NCBI GenBank assembly: GCA_001179505.1
Contig: CDMY01000406.1
Span: 1-64,000 of the forward strand
Reading direction: 5' to 3'
DNA: 64,000 bases
Origin: Vitrella brassicaformis CCMP3155
Taxonomy: Eukaryota; Protista; Chromerida
A program made the position numbers and the translations under genes. Under the pieces are notes generated by a model. The model searched no databases, was not told the DNA's origin, and was given only the letters and a program-made list of their open reading frames with translations. Positions 37,211-48,943 of this stretch are shown one piece after another; position 1 is the first letter of the stretch, and each line of letters opens with the position of its first letter.

Positions 37211-40200
37211 TCAGTCACGTATGACGAATATCGCTGGAGGGCGGCACCCATCTCTGCCTCTTAACCTGCATGCCCATGGTCGTCTGCCTCCCACCCAAAA
37301 CGCCCACTGAATCAACCACATCCCGAGGAAAACCACCACAAACAAGTACCCGATGAAAAACACCCACATAACGAAATGTAGGAAAGAGTACATCACAAGC
37401 CACAGTAGCAGTAGGAAAGAGTACGTCACAAGCAACAAACATGACCAATATATGCAGTTGAACGCATCAGCCACACAGCCACATGCACGGCCAAGGAGCG
37501 ACGATCCCTTGTACTTCCGCATGGTCCTTTTGTTTTGGGCCGAGAAAGGCATTTCCAACGGCGTTTTCCCCTGTTGGCATGCACGAGACGAGTGCGACAC
37601 TGAGCTTCCGGGGAATATTTGCTCACTTGATTGTTTTTTATCTCCAAGAGACCTGCGCCGCCCCACTCAAGCCTGACACCCACCCACACCCACAGCAGGA
37701 GAGAAAAATTCTGTAGTTGTGATGCTCGCATCTTTCATCAGTGTCTCTCACAACTTAGCCACAAGTTTGGGGCCGCGTCTGTTGCCGAAGAAGATAAAGG
37801 GCATACCCATGAAGAGGACGACTGTCAGCACTGCAGAGCAGAAGCAGAACTTCGTGGCTGGCTGCACACCTTGTTCTGTGATATAGTACATACCACGACT
37901 TACAGCACAGTGAAGTGCCGTGTTTCCATCCTTGGTATGCCGTTTGCAGGGAGAGAGACACAGACAATTGAACACATAGAGTCATCCTCCATTGTTGTCT
38001 TTACATCTGTCCCTCACTTTGGCCTGCTGCGTCAGTAGGTGTTTCCCTCCTTTGGCATACATCGCCTCCAAGGCATCACTTCCCCCCAATTTTGTGCAAG
38101 CGATGAATGGCGTCGCACCAGGAGCAGGGGCAAGGCCTTGTCTGTCTCTGTCATTGTTTTTCATTTCCAGTAGGGGCGCCCCACCCCACGCCAATCTATT
38201 CGACACAAAAGAGAGTGAGAACGGAATATTCACGTCGTTTATCTGTGTGTCTCACAGCTGAGCCAAAGCTTCGCGATGATTCCCCTCTCCAGCCAAATCG
38301 AGCGCCGTGGCGCCATCCTGCATGTGATGGACAAAAGGGAAGAGCACTCAGCAAGGCGAGAAGCGTGTGTGTCTTCATCTGTGTGTCTCACGCTGTCCTG
38401 TTGGGTGAGTATGTCATTCCCCCCTTTGGAATGCATCGCCCGCATCGTGTCAACTTGACCGCACCGGGCGGCACCGATGAATGGCGTCTCGCCAAACTGC
38501 ACGCACACACATACGCAAAATCGACACAGCGAGGCATCCGAAAGATGTTTGCACTGTTACCTTCATTGTGCGTGCATCGAGCAGCTTAGGGTCCCACGCC
38601 AGCAGCTGACTGACGGCCGCAGTACGGCCAGCGGTGGCGGCAAAATGCAGGGCAGTCCACTTATCATTCTGCATTTCATCATATTACAGCAACACACGCC
38701 TGATCATTACCACCAGAGCTTTCACTGTATTGGCACCAGGTCTGTTTGCTCCAAGATGGACGGGCCATATTTCTCAAACATCAGGGTCATGATCTGCGTA
38801 TGGCCTTTCTCCGCCGCCCTCAGGAAGGGAGTCATTCCGGTCTGCGCAAGGCAAATGCAAATCAGAGGTTCCCTCGTTGTTACGGGCCCTTGATAGCATT
38901 TGACCTTGAAGCAGAAGAATCGAGCTCTCCTGTCGTCGAGGATTCTCGGCCCACGGAGGTTGAGCAGCTGAGCAACCGATGTGATATCACCAGCATTCAC
39001 TGCCGCGTGGATGTTTCGCTGCAAAAGATACGCAACAATCGTGAGAAGCAGGAGGGATCAGCCTTGCTCCTTCGATATTACGTATTTGATCTCTGCCGGC
39101 AACGCTTCGTCATCGATTGTCAGGACGACATCGGTCTGCCCATACAAAGGCGACAAGTACAAGAAGGTGCGTGAGACATGACTCACGTAGTCGTCCCGTA
39201 CATCTTTGATTTTTTGGCGGAGTGTGCTTGGCCTGGATTTGTGCCGGAGTGTGCAGTGTGTGCTTGACCCGGGAGCCTGCACACACAACACAGGCAGCAG
39301 AATGTAATGTCGATCGTTGGTCCATCTGTCTACAGACCAGTCCCCGCTTGAGGTGAGGTCGATGCCAGGGTGCTGGGCGGTCCCGTCGTGGTGGTAGCCA
39401 TGCTCATGTGGGCACCCGATGAAGGGCCGACGGGATACTCAGCAGCAGGAGAGACAGAAGGCGAAGGCTTCGACTCCGGGACTGCATGCATTTGAAAGGG
39501 CATCAGGCAATGGCGACTCTGCCGCATTGTAGGCGCAGCGGAATCAATGCACCTGTCTCTTTCGACGGACCAGACGGAACGTCCAGCTTGGCCAGCACCT
39601 GCCGACCAGAGACAGGACGTCAGACGTTTGGCATCGCTTGTGGTTTCTCCCTGTCGTGTGTGCATCGGGTACCTCTTTGGCTGTGGGGCGATCGGCCGGA
39701 CAAAAGGCAAAACAACTCTGATCAACAATCACGATGAGAAGGGACGTGCAGTGCCCATAAGGATTCTCTTCATCTTGGTTTGCCTCGATGGGATTCTTGA
39801 TTCGCGCGGGCAGAGATGCTGGGATTTCCGGAATCTGACAGGGAGAAGGAGACATAGATTTGTGTACGATGCCTTATAAGTCTGATAGCGGTACCTCTTT
39901 ATTGACGACCACTTTCGTAAATATAATCGGCAAGCCTTTCCCCTCAAAAGGCGGCCGACCTGTAGGATACGTTCGCCATCTTGTCTTGTGTCTCACTTGG
40001 TTTTCGTGTCTCCTGACCTCCATGCAGCTGAACCGCAATTCCTCCAATCGCCCATATATCCGCCTTCTCAGACAGCTTGTCCACTGCATATGCACACACA
40101 CGATGGAGCGATCTGCTGTGCATTTGCGGACTTACGGTCCGTGTCAAACCCCTCGGAAGGCATGTAGTTGGGCGTCCCACCGGCTGCACACCACACGAAC

Positions 40201-41016
40201 TGCGCTACGCATTTGTTTGTCGGCGTGAATACTTGCGGTGAGAATCGTCTTTCTCTGAGCCCCGCGAATCATTCCGAAATCCGAAATCTTAATGGTCAGG
40301 TTCCTATCCAGCTGACAAGCATTCGGAACAACGAGAGACTTGGGATACCATGAAAGAAGAGGAATTCTGCCGTAACCGACCAGTAGGTTTTCTGGCTTCA
40401 GGTCTCTGTGCACGACGTTCCGACTATGGAGATACTGCACACCCTCGCATATCTGACAGCAGCCGCCACATACAAACGAGACGCGTCACGGATCTCCTCT
40501 TCTCATGTGTCTCCGGCACCTCTCTCAGGAGCCTGTCTCGCACGTCCGGCGGCGGGGGTCCATTCTTCGCCAGGTAGGACGCCAGCGAGCCGCCCTCACA
40601 CAACTCTGACGAACAAGCGGCACATGGAGAAAGCTAGGAGGACGATAAAAAATGGGCTGGGTACCCGCCACAATCATGAGGCCATGCTTGTCGTCTCTGC
40701 AGACGCCCTTCAGCTGCACGATGTTGGGGTGACGGAGCTGCGTCATCGGCAAGGCCTCTTTGAGCACCTCCATGAACTGCTCGGACTCCCGGAGCTCTTC
40801 ATTGCCTTTGTAGACCTTGACCGCCACGGGCTGCCCTCGCAGCTCTCCCCTGTAGACCTTCCCGAACGCTCCCTCGCCTGGGTGGCAAGCAGACGCACCA
40901 TGATGATTCCCCAGATATCCCTTGTGGGGTTCATGGGGCTGACCGAGCTCGGTGTCGCTCACAGTGAGGTCCTTGGGGTCAATCACCAAGTCAGCCAGTG
41001 ACACCAAGTCAGTCAT
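37211..41016 (-). CDS. TKL-like Ser/Thr protein kinase + ankyrin repeats + hydrophobic C-terminus
   Basis: [45 protein letters not shown]; ankyrin motifs [43 protein letters not shown]; final exon has a ~55-aa hydrophobic stretch. Confidence 0.85.
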
Positions 41017-41196
41017 ATTGGAAGCGTGGGGGGCTGTGAGGTCTGACAACCACCAGGCGAGAAGGGTCAAACGGCCGTCAAACGCCGGATCAAGCTCGCT
41101 CTCGCTCCCTGTTGTGCTTGAATGCAGCGTCACGGTGAACGTGAACTGGGTGGGACTTGACGGACATAGACCTCACAACGACACCGAGCACAACGA

Positions 41197-42081
41197 ATGA
41201 GAAGGACGACAGCACGACGGCCCCCGAAGGCAGGAAGGGCCTGCCTGACAGCCCTTGTCGTGGCCGTGCTCATGGGGCTCCTCCTTTTCTGGTGCTGGAC
41301 GGCCTTGCTCGAGCCGGCGCTGCTTAAGAGGATGCAGAGAGGCGTCTGGTTCGTGTATCTAAAGCCCTCGGCACACCTCTGGGACACTCTGCACGCAGCT
41401 GCTGACCCGCAAGGCGGCTTGTGGGGCTACAAGGCGAACGTCCACGGTGAAATCGACACCTTTATCTCAGCGAGACACCCGCATTATCGCTCTCTCTGGG
41501 ATACGGCATGCAACTTGGGATACCTCCTGACGCGGCTGGCCCATAGTCATCCTAATGCGACGCATTACGGCAGCGATATCAGCCCTTTGATGGTCAACGT
41601 CACGCAGAAGAGATGTGATGGCCACTGTGTCACCGCTCCCTCCGACCTATTCTCCCTCCAACAGCACGACACACGTCTGCCAAGAGCATTCCCACGGGCG
41701 TTCGACTTGGTTATCGTGTCGGATGTGCTGTACTATGCCAAGTGGCGCGGCCTCCCCCCGGTACTCTGGCAGTATGGCCTTCTTCCAAGCTGGCTCATCT
41801 CTGCTTCCCAGCATTCATTCTGGGACCGTTTGAGAAGCCTGGCGTGTTCTGAGGTCATTCTATCAAATCACGAGAACAATCCGGCTGTGTTGGGGCTGAT
41901 GACAGCCATGGGCGCCACCCCCGTGATGCCCAAGAAGACGATATGGACAGCTAAAGGGACCGCTCCGCGCGAGGCTTGCAATGGGAGTGGCGAGGAGGAG
42001 AGAGACGCAGTGGTTGGCTCCTCTAGTGTGTCTCACATGAAGGGGAAACCACGGGGATTTGCTCTTGCGCCTGGCCGCTGA
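41197..42081 (+). CDS. Intronless class I SAM-dependent methyltransferase (NodS-like) with N-terminal membrane anchor
   Basis: ACLTALVVAVLMGLLLFWCWTALL; motif I-like LWDTACNLGYL, GSDIS, FDLVIVSDVLYY. Confidence 0.75.
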   Translation: MRRTTARRPPKAGRACLTALVVAVLMGLLLFWCWTALLEPALLKRMQRGVWFVYLKPSAHLWDTLHAAADPQGGLWGYKANVHGEIDTFISARHPHYRSLWDTACNLGYLLTRLAHSHPNATHYGSDISPLMVNVTQKRCDGHCVTAPSDLFSLQQHDTRLPRAFPRAFDLVIVSDVLYYAKWRGLPPVLWQYGLLPSWLISASQHSFWDRLRSLACSEVILSNHENNPAVLGLMTAMGATPVMPKKTIWTAKGTAPREACNGSGEEERDAVVGSSSVSHMKGKPRGFALAPGR

Positions 42082-42385
42082 TAAGTGGGTTGTTGCATGC
42101 ATATCGTTCATGGAACAACACGAACACACCACCGACCTGCGTATCAGGGACCATGCTATCTGAGAATTCATGAGCGTCAATGTCGATATGCGTCCGAGCT
42201 CTACGTGTCTGATGAAGTATAGATGTCCATCGGCAAGGTGTCAGACAAGACAGATGTCCTTCTCCCACACTCAAACCACACCCACACGCACATCGTTGGG
42301 AACATTTTTGTTGGCATGCCATGTGAGGCACCACTCGTCCATCCAAGTTGCCAGCCCCCACAGTGATGGCCAGTGCATACATTCA

Positions 42386-43022
42386 TCATGCCTTTGCCTC
42401 ATTGTAAAAGGCGTGCGTCCACGCACAGAGAGACTTGGCGGCCTTGGACTGCCTGCCGACATTGTCAGGGGTGTAGTCGGCATTGTCAATGCACTTCTGC
42501 AGCTTGTCCAGCACCGCCGTCGATACGTTGTCACTGCTCACGCCCTTCAATCGATCCAAAAACGATGGCTGACACAGACAAGGAGACAGGGACAGACACA
42601 CAGACAGAGACATCGACAGACATTGTGAGATAGATAAGCGATGCGCCGTCTGCAAGGCATACGTCAGAAAGCACTTTCTGGACCACGTGCCAGTCGGTTC
42701 CTTCCCCGAGGATGGTGTTCACAGCCTCCATAGTCATCCTGCATGTGCAATGCGCCAAGGGAAGTGGGAGACAAAAGGAAGACCTTTTGTGTCTTTCGAT
42801 TACTTGACGAGTGGAGGCGGGACGGGGAGACTCTTAAGTTCTGTCACTTGACTCTGAACGTGGGCGCAGAGTAGATGCAGAGGCTGCCCGCAGCGGCTGT
42901 CCTTCACCCACCTTGTCAACGCGAGCAAGGGCGGCTGATGCTGAAGGAAGCAGAAGCAAACGTGGAAAAGGAAACAGAAGCGAGAGGAGGAAACGGCACC
43001 GTGCAGCTGTGTGCTTACCCAT
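42386..43022 (-). CDS. Stand-alone dynein-stalk microtubule-binding-domain protein (~113 aa, 5 exons)
   Basis: Frame-consistent splice gives MASAALARVDKSQVTELKSLPVPPPLVKMTMEAVNTILGEGTDWHVVQKVLSDPSFLDRLKGVSSDNVSTAVLDKLQKCIDNADYTPDNVGRQSKAAKSLCAWTHAFYNEAKA*. Confidence 0.75.
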
Positions 43023-43140
43023 GGTGCGATGGGAAGCTGGGAGCCTTCCGGAAGACTGCTTCCGGAAGACTGGGGGCCCCGGGGGCAGAAATGCAAGCTA
43101 AGCCGTCTCCACAGAACGGGACATCAGGCAGCCTCTAGCG

Positions 43141-43712
43141 ATGACGTCCTCTCTCTCTGGCCCCCCAGAGGCCGGCTCTGTGTCGCTGAGTGCCACTGGG
43201 CTGAAGGGCAAGGTCGGCGCCCTCGCCAACTCGCTGTCGGTCGCCTGCGAAGAACTCCATGGTCAGTCACGGAACACAGCACAGAGAGCCCTTGTCTGCA
43301 GAGGGGCCTCACTTCCAATCGCTCTTGTGTTGTTTGTGGTGCAGTTGACCGCAGCATTCTGGACACCATCAGGGGGGAGAGGGAGCTAAGGCAAGGGGAG
43401 CTGCAGGTGCAGCTTGATGAGGCCAGGCGGTTCTTCCAAGCAGAAATACAGGCATACACACACGAGGACGACACACACGTGACGCACACACTCACAATTC
43501 ATGTGTGTCCCTGTCTGTCGTGGTGGATTGGATGACGCATGTAGAGAATGGAGGAGGAGTTTCGCGCACAGGCTCAGCTGCAGAAGACGGAGAACGGCCG
43601 CATCCAGCAGTCTGTCACCTCTCTCAAGGCGGAGAAGACCAGCCTCCACCAGCAGATTCTCTCACTGCAAAGGCGTATCGAGGAAATAGAGGAGGAAGTG
43701 GGGCATGACTGA
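43141..43712 (+). CDS. Small coiled-coil protein (3 exons)
   Basis: GLKGKVGALANSLSVACEELH | VDRSILDTIRGERELRQGELQVQLDEARRFFQAEIQ | RMEEEFRAQAQLQKTENGRIQQSVTSLKAEKTSLHQQILSLQRRIEEIEEE. Confidence 0.7.
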
Positions 43713-43933
43713 CTGATTGGACGGGGCAAAGTGTGTGCGGGGGCTTGTGTGTGGACGACCGTCTGAACTTGCCGTGAAATACCTAGGACGATTCGCATGG
43801 AGAGAGAGCATCGAGAGCATGAACATGTCCTTTAGACACACACGCAGCAGCCCACACGTCTACGTCTGTACGAACACGGGTCGCATCATGAATAGATGCA
43901 CTGCTCACGCACACACCCATCCCTCAGCCCTGG

Positions 43934-45291
43934 CTATCGCGGCGGCCCGGCCTCATCTGTCGGGTTGTCCTTCATGCGCTGGATCTCCGCATTCGCCTGC
44001 AGCACCCACAAACACATAAAGCCGCAAACAGTGGCACAAAGGGGCTGGCGCGTGCGTAGCTGACTGGTCTCTTTTTGACCTTCTGGCGGTCCTGATAGCT
44101 GAGAGCATCATACTGCTGGCCCGTCATGGCCTCCCACTGCAGACAGTCAGTGAGAAGGCACACGCACACACACATGCTCAACGGATGCACTGCACGAAGA
44201 GGGATATGTGGACGTCTTCAAGACCTTTTTGATGTCTCTCATGTTGTGCACTCGCGGCTCGTACGACACCTGCTGCGGCTTCTGTGCCTTGACACGCTCG
44301 TTGAAACCCGCCAGCCTGCACACACGCAGACGACCGGCAGACACATCCAGACAATGAAGCTGCATTTCTGTATGTGAGCGGCTTACAGGGCCTGCATATC
44401 CGCGTCGTCAGCGATGTTGACTTTGCCCTTCGGAGGGGGCGCAGCAGCCGCAGCAGCGACGCCCCTCGCACGGCCCCTCTCCCTCTCCCTCTCCCTCTCC
44501 CTCTCCCTTCCCCTCTCCTTAGGCCGCCTCTTGGGCTGGCCACCGGCAGGACCCTCCTCAGATTCGTCTCTGCCACCGCCAGCAGCGCCGCCCTCGTCAG
44601 CCCGCCCCCCACCCTCCCCACCTTCCCCATCCTCCCCGTCCTTGACATCATCATCCTCCGTCCGCCGTTTCTTGGCGCCCTTCCCCTCCCCCTCCCCATT
44701 AGGCCTCTTCTGCGCCGCCCTGCCCCTCTGGCCATCCTTCTTGATGGCCTTCGATGCAGCCGACACACCATGGCCGCCGCCAGCCGGACGCCATGCGGGC
44801 CTGGCGGGCTTGTTGGCGCCCTTTGGTTGCTCGGACGAAGGGTCGCTCACGGTCGGGCCTTTCTGCTGAGCAGCAGGGGCACCAGAAGGCTCAGGAGCAG
44901 GCTGGCTCTGTGTGGCGGCGGCACCGCCTTTGTCCTTCTCCTTCTCTGCATCCTCAGCATTGCCATTCTCGGTCGCTGCACCAACGGCAGGCTTGACCTC
45001 ACCATCCACTTGCTCAGGGACGCTCTCCTGCTGCTGATATTGCTGTGGGTCCGATAGATGCGGATGCTCGCCGCTCTCCTGGCCGTCGGGCTTTGGAAGA
45101 GGGCGGGAGGCGTGCGATATGCGCATTCTTGTGGGAGGGGGTGGCCGTCGCCTCTGTTGCTCATGCAGGGGGTGGGGCTGTCGAAACCACTCGTCGTATG
45201 AGGCCGCCTGCTGCTCGCCAACTGCATCGCCAAGGTCTGCCGCTGGCGGAGGGACGTCAAAATCGAATGGATCTGCCTCCTCGCCAGCCAT
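43934..45291 (-). CDS. Hypothetical protein: low-complexity charged N-terminus, compact C-terminal motif
   Basis: 305-aa open first exon, then YEPRVHNMRDIKK | WEAMTGQQYDALSYQDRQK | ANAEIQRMKD. Confidence 0.65.
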
Positions 45292-45428
45292 TGGCCTCAA
45301 CCACCGACAATAATACTACAGATAATCGCCATCAAAAGATGCGTGCGGCATCGCGAAAGGGTGCGAGCTGGAGAAAGGAGGAAGCAGGAGTATTCAGTCC
45401 CGACGGTGGCATTGTGGATGTGCCAAAG

Positions 45429-46894
45429 ATGGACGAGGGAGAGTCCCCGGCGCTTCTGCTTCCCCTGGCAGACGACTTTCATGTGCACCTTCGACAAGAT
45501 GCCATGATGAAGGCCGTCACGCCCGCCGTCATCCACGGCGGCTCGGTGAGCATGGCCTCGCCGGCATGCTCACCTTTCATCAGTCCTGGTGTGTCATCTA
45601 TTTCAGGACAGAGTTGTGGTGATGCCAAACACGATACCGCCCATCCGCACGTGCGCAGAGGCAGCTGACTATCGGGCAAAGCTGCAGGCGATTGACCCAC
45701 GAGTGGACTACCGAATGACTCTCTATCTCGGTGAGCTCTGCACACGCGCACACGAATGGACGAATCAAACGCCATCAATTCTGCCCGTGTTGCGTGTTTC
45801 TCCAGGTCAAGAAGTGTCAGCGGATGATCTCCGTGCCAACGCGGATGAGAGCGGCGTTCGTGGCGTCAAGAGCTATCCCCGCGGCGTGACGACCAACAGC
45901 GAGGCCGGCATCGAGTCCTACACCACCTACTACCCCCTGTTCAGCGAGATGGAGAAGATGGGACTCACACTGCACATCCACGGGGAGGTGGGCAGACGCC
46001 CAGATGCTCACGCGGATGTCCAATGAGGAGATAGGTGTGTCCGTTGTGCTGCAGGTGCCTGGTGTGTCGGTTTTAACCGCCGAGGCGAGCTTCCTCCCTC
46101 AGCTCGAGGAGCTGCATCGGGCATTCCCCAGCTTGAAGATCGTAAGCGCGATACGCACTGTGGAGAGAGATTGGCGTAGAAGGCATGTGAATGCGTGTGT
46201 CGCTGCTGCTTGTAGGTGCTTGAGCACGTCTCGACAGCAGCGGCCGTTTTGTTGGTGCGTCGGCTCGGCCCGACTGTAGGTGCCACAGTGACGGCCCACC
46301 ACCTGGACCTCACCATCGATGAGGTGGTGGGGTGCTCCCACAACTTCTGCAAGCCTGTGGCCAAGATGAGAGAGGACCGGGAGGCCATCAGACAGGTCGT
46401 CATGGATGAAGGTGAGACGTGCTCGAAGCTGTCTGCTTACACACACGTAATCTTTTCTGTCTCTGGATGCATGTGTCTGTCTGTCTGTCTGTCTGTGTGT
46501 GTCAGGCCATCCCCGTTTCTTTCTCGGCTCCGACTCGGCCCCCCACCCCCGGCACAAGAAGGAGATCGGCATGAAGGCCGCAGCAGGATGCTTCACTTCC
46601 CCTTTCCTCCTCGCATACCTCGCCGACACCTTTGTCTGGGGGTCGAGCAGATACACAGACGATGACACCACCGTCACCAAGCGCCTGCCTGACTTTGTGG
46701 GCCGCTTCGGCGCGGAGTTCTTTGGGGTACCTGTCAAGAGATATGAGGAGGGGAAGCCAGCGGTCGAGCTGAGGAAGAGGGCGTTCACTGTGCCGTCGGT
46801 CTGGGGGGAGTCGATACTGGGCAGCGAAGGGGCGGTGGTGCCCTTCAGGAGTGGGGATGTGCTGCGGTATGAGAGCCGTTTGGTTGGGCTGTGA
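45429..46894 (+). CDS. pyrC: Dihydroorotase, stand-alone type II (E. coli PyrC / fungal URA4-like); start may be 45339
   Basis: DFHVHLRQ, VMPNTIPP, GVKSYPRGVTTNS, LHIHGE, LEHVST, TVTAHHL, FCKPVAK, FFLGSDSAPH. Confidence 0.97.
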
Positions 46895-47306
46895 GTGTCT
46901 GTCAGTCCACCGGTGTCCGTGGGACGAAGGATTTGTATGTCGTGGAGATCGACAGATGGATGCTTGGACAGATAAGCATGTGAATGCAGGCTGCCTTGGT
47001 GCCTGGCTGACTACCAAACCACGCCATTTGTTGATCGATGGAACGGTCCGTATGAACTCCGACTAGCCGACACGCAGTCAGTCGTGCACGCAGCCACGCT
47101 GCCACACAGACACATTACGCTGTTTCCATCCATCCATCCATCCACTCGCCCGCGTCTCGTTGGTCGATGAGATGCGACGTATTGCTACAGCCAGTCCATT
47201 CGCCCGCCCCTCACACATGCACCTGTATGTGTCTACACATCGATCTGCCTGCCGTGGCCACCTGGACAGACAGCCAGGGGGCCAACCCCCCTAGTCAAGT
47301 CTACAG

Positions 47307-48708
47307 CTAGTTGCCGCCCAACACCACATGCGCATCGGCTCCCAACACCTCACGCGCCAACCTCACTGTCTGCGGGAATCTGGCTGCACGCTTCTTGCCA
47401 TCCACCGGACGCTCCGTCGTATAGAGGCGGCTAGAGGCAAAGTTGGTGTGGGTGTAGATGATGATGTGGGCCGCAAATGTGTCGTGGGCTTCGCCACCGT
47501 GAAGCAGAATCACCCGCTCGAAATAGCCTGTTGCCGGTGCGTGGCTCGTGCTGATGGTGCACCGGTCCCACACAGGCGGCGGCTGAGTGGCGAGCACCCG
47601 CCGCTGAAGAAAAAGGGACGCATGGCGATGAGTGAGTTGAGTGAGTGTGCGTGTGACTGACCAGTCGGTCGTAGATTGGGGCGTTGCTGTATGGGGTGAC
47701 ATCCTGGTGTGCAACCAGCGACCCTCCATGACCCAACCTGATCAAACACATCATGGCAGAGCGGTGCAGCCAATGTGTTTACGTGTTCGTGTGTGTATCC
47801 CATCCTGCTCAACCCTCTCACTCGTTCAACACAGCGTCGCGAACTGAAGCATGGTCGAGACCTGCAAACAAACGTCCGCATACACAGCCAGATGGTCCAT
47901 CTCCCTCGCTCCCTCCCTCTCCCTCTCCCTCTCTCCCTCACCTAGAAGCTCACACACGGGGTTGGCCTCGTCGTATCCGTTGCGGAAGGGGTGGTCGGCC
48001 GGCAGCGTCTGCGCTTTGCGGATGGTGAGCCGATGTCCATCCAGCCGCTCCCCATCGTTGACGCGCTCGAGCTCCATGCCGATGTGCCGGCCGATGAGTG
48101 AGAGCTGGCGCACAGCCTCACACCGCCCGTCAAACACCGCCCGGCTGCCCACCCCCTCCACATCAGCACTCCTCAGCTCTATCGGCAGCTGCCCGCCTCC
48201 CCGCCCCTGATGCTTGGCCACTCTGACGATCGGCACCGTCGCCGTCCACTCGCCGCTCTTGTCGATGAAATACGCCAGCCGCAGCAGCAGGTCGAGCGAT
48301 GTCAGGTCAGCGGAGAGGGTGATGATGCCTTCGAGTCCCTTGGCGGCCAGCTGGGCTTCTATGTGCTCCTTCACCAACTGGGTCACAGCGCTGGTGATGC
48401 TCTCCTTGTCCTGGTCGTCGTTGATCTGCGACAGGAGTGCCCGCCTGGTGTCCTCCAAGTGGGCCGCTTTGCTGATCACAATGGACGAGAGGGGCGGAGG
48501 GCTGAGGGTGGGGCGGTCCTGATCCGATGATGACGTCGCCTGATAGATAAAACGAACCGACAAGAGACCAAGAGAGCCGTAGTGATGGGTGGCAAATGAT
48601 ATCTCTGTGACATTGTGTGCGCCCTTCATTCACCTGTGGCAGCGGCAAGCCGGCTCCATGATCACGATCAGCAGCAGTAGCGGATGAAGATGACGCTGCA
48701 GCCGCCAT
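47307..48708 (-). CDS. Lineage-specific family member (closest paralog of the 4541 gene)
   Basis: MAAAASSSS..., GRGGGQLPIEL, CEAVRQLSLIGRHIG, QTLPADHPF, LYTTERPVDGKKRAARFPQTVRLAREVLG. Confidence 0.8.
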
Positions 48709-48773
48709 GGCTAAGTCAAGAACGCCTGAAGGCAAGAAGATCACGTCAATTGGATCAGCAGGGCCATCCTTAT

Positions 48774-48832
48774 CATCTCTCAATGCTCACCAAATTGTCC
48801 GTGAATACAGCGTCTCAGTGGAGGCTTCTCAT
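48774..48832 (+). promoter_or_regulatory. Conserved upstream element, copy 3, about 105 bp before ATG 48708
   Basis: Exact 20-mer at 48813-48832. Confidence 0.5.
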
Positions 48833-48943
48833 GATGCGCTCTGCGGGAGAAGGGCAGGATCGTAGCTTGCGAAACCCTGAACCCGAAACCCTTGCATTCT
48901 TTCTCCCTTCTTTCCCCTCCCCTTCGCGATTGACTGTGGGCCA

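Noticed and set aside
37353-37676. Plus-strand [16 protein letters not shown]... with a 33-bp repeat
   Set aside because: Better explained as the antisense of the hydrophobic last exon of the kinase-ankyrin gene
42386-43022. Fragment of a full dynein heavy chain gene
   Set aside because: Has its own stop right after the domain and is tightly flanked by other genes; no AAA motifs nearby
43445-43460. Possible GC-AG donor (CAG|gcatac)
   Set aside because: A canonical in-phase GT donor exists 27 nt downstream; undecidable without cDNA
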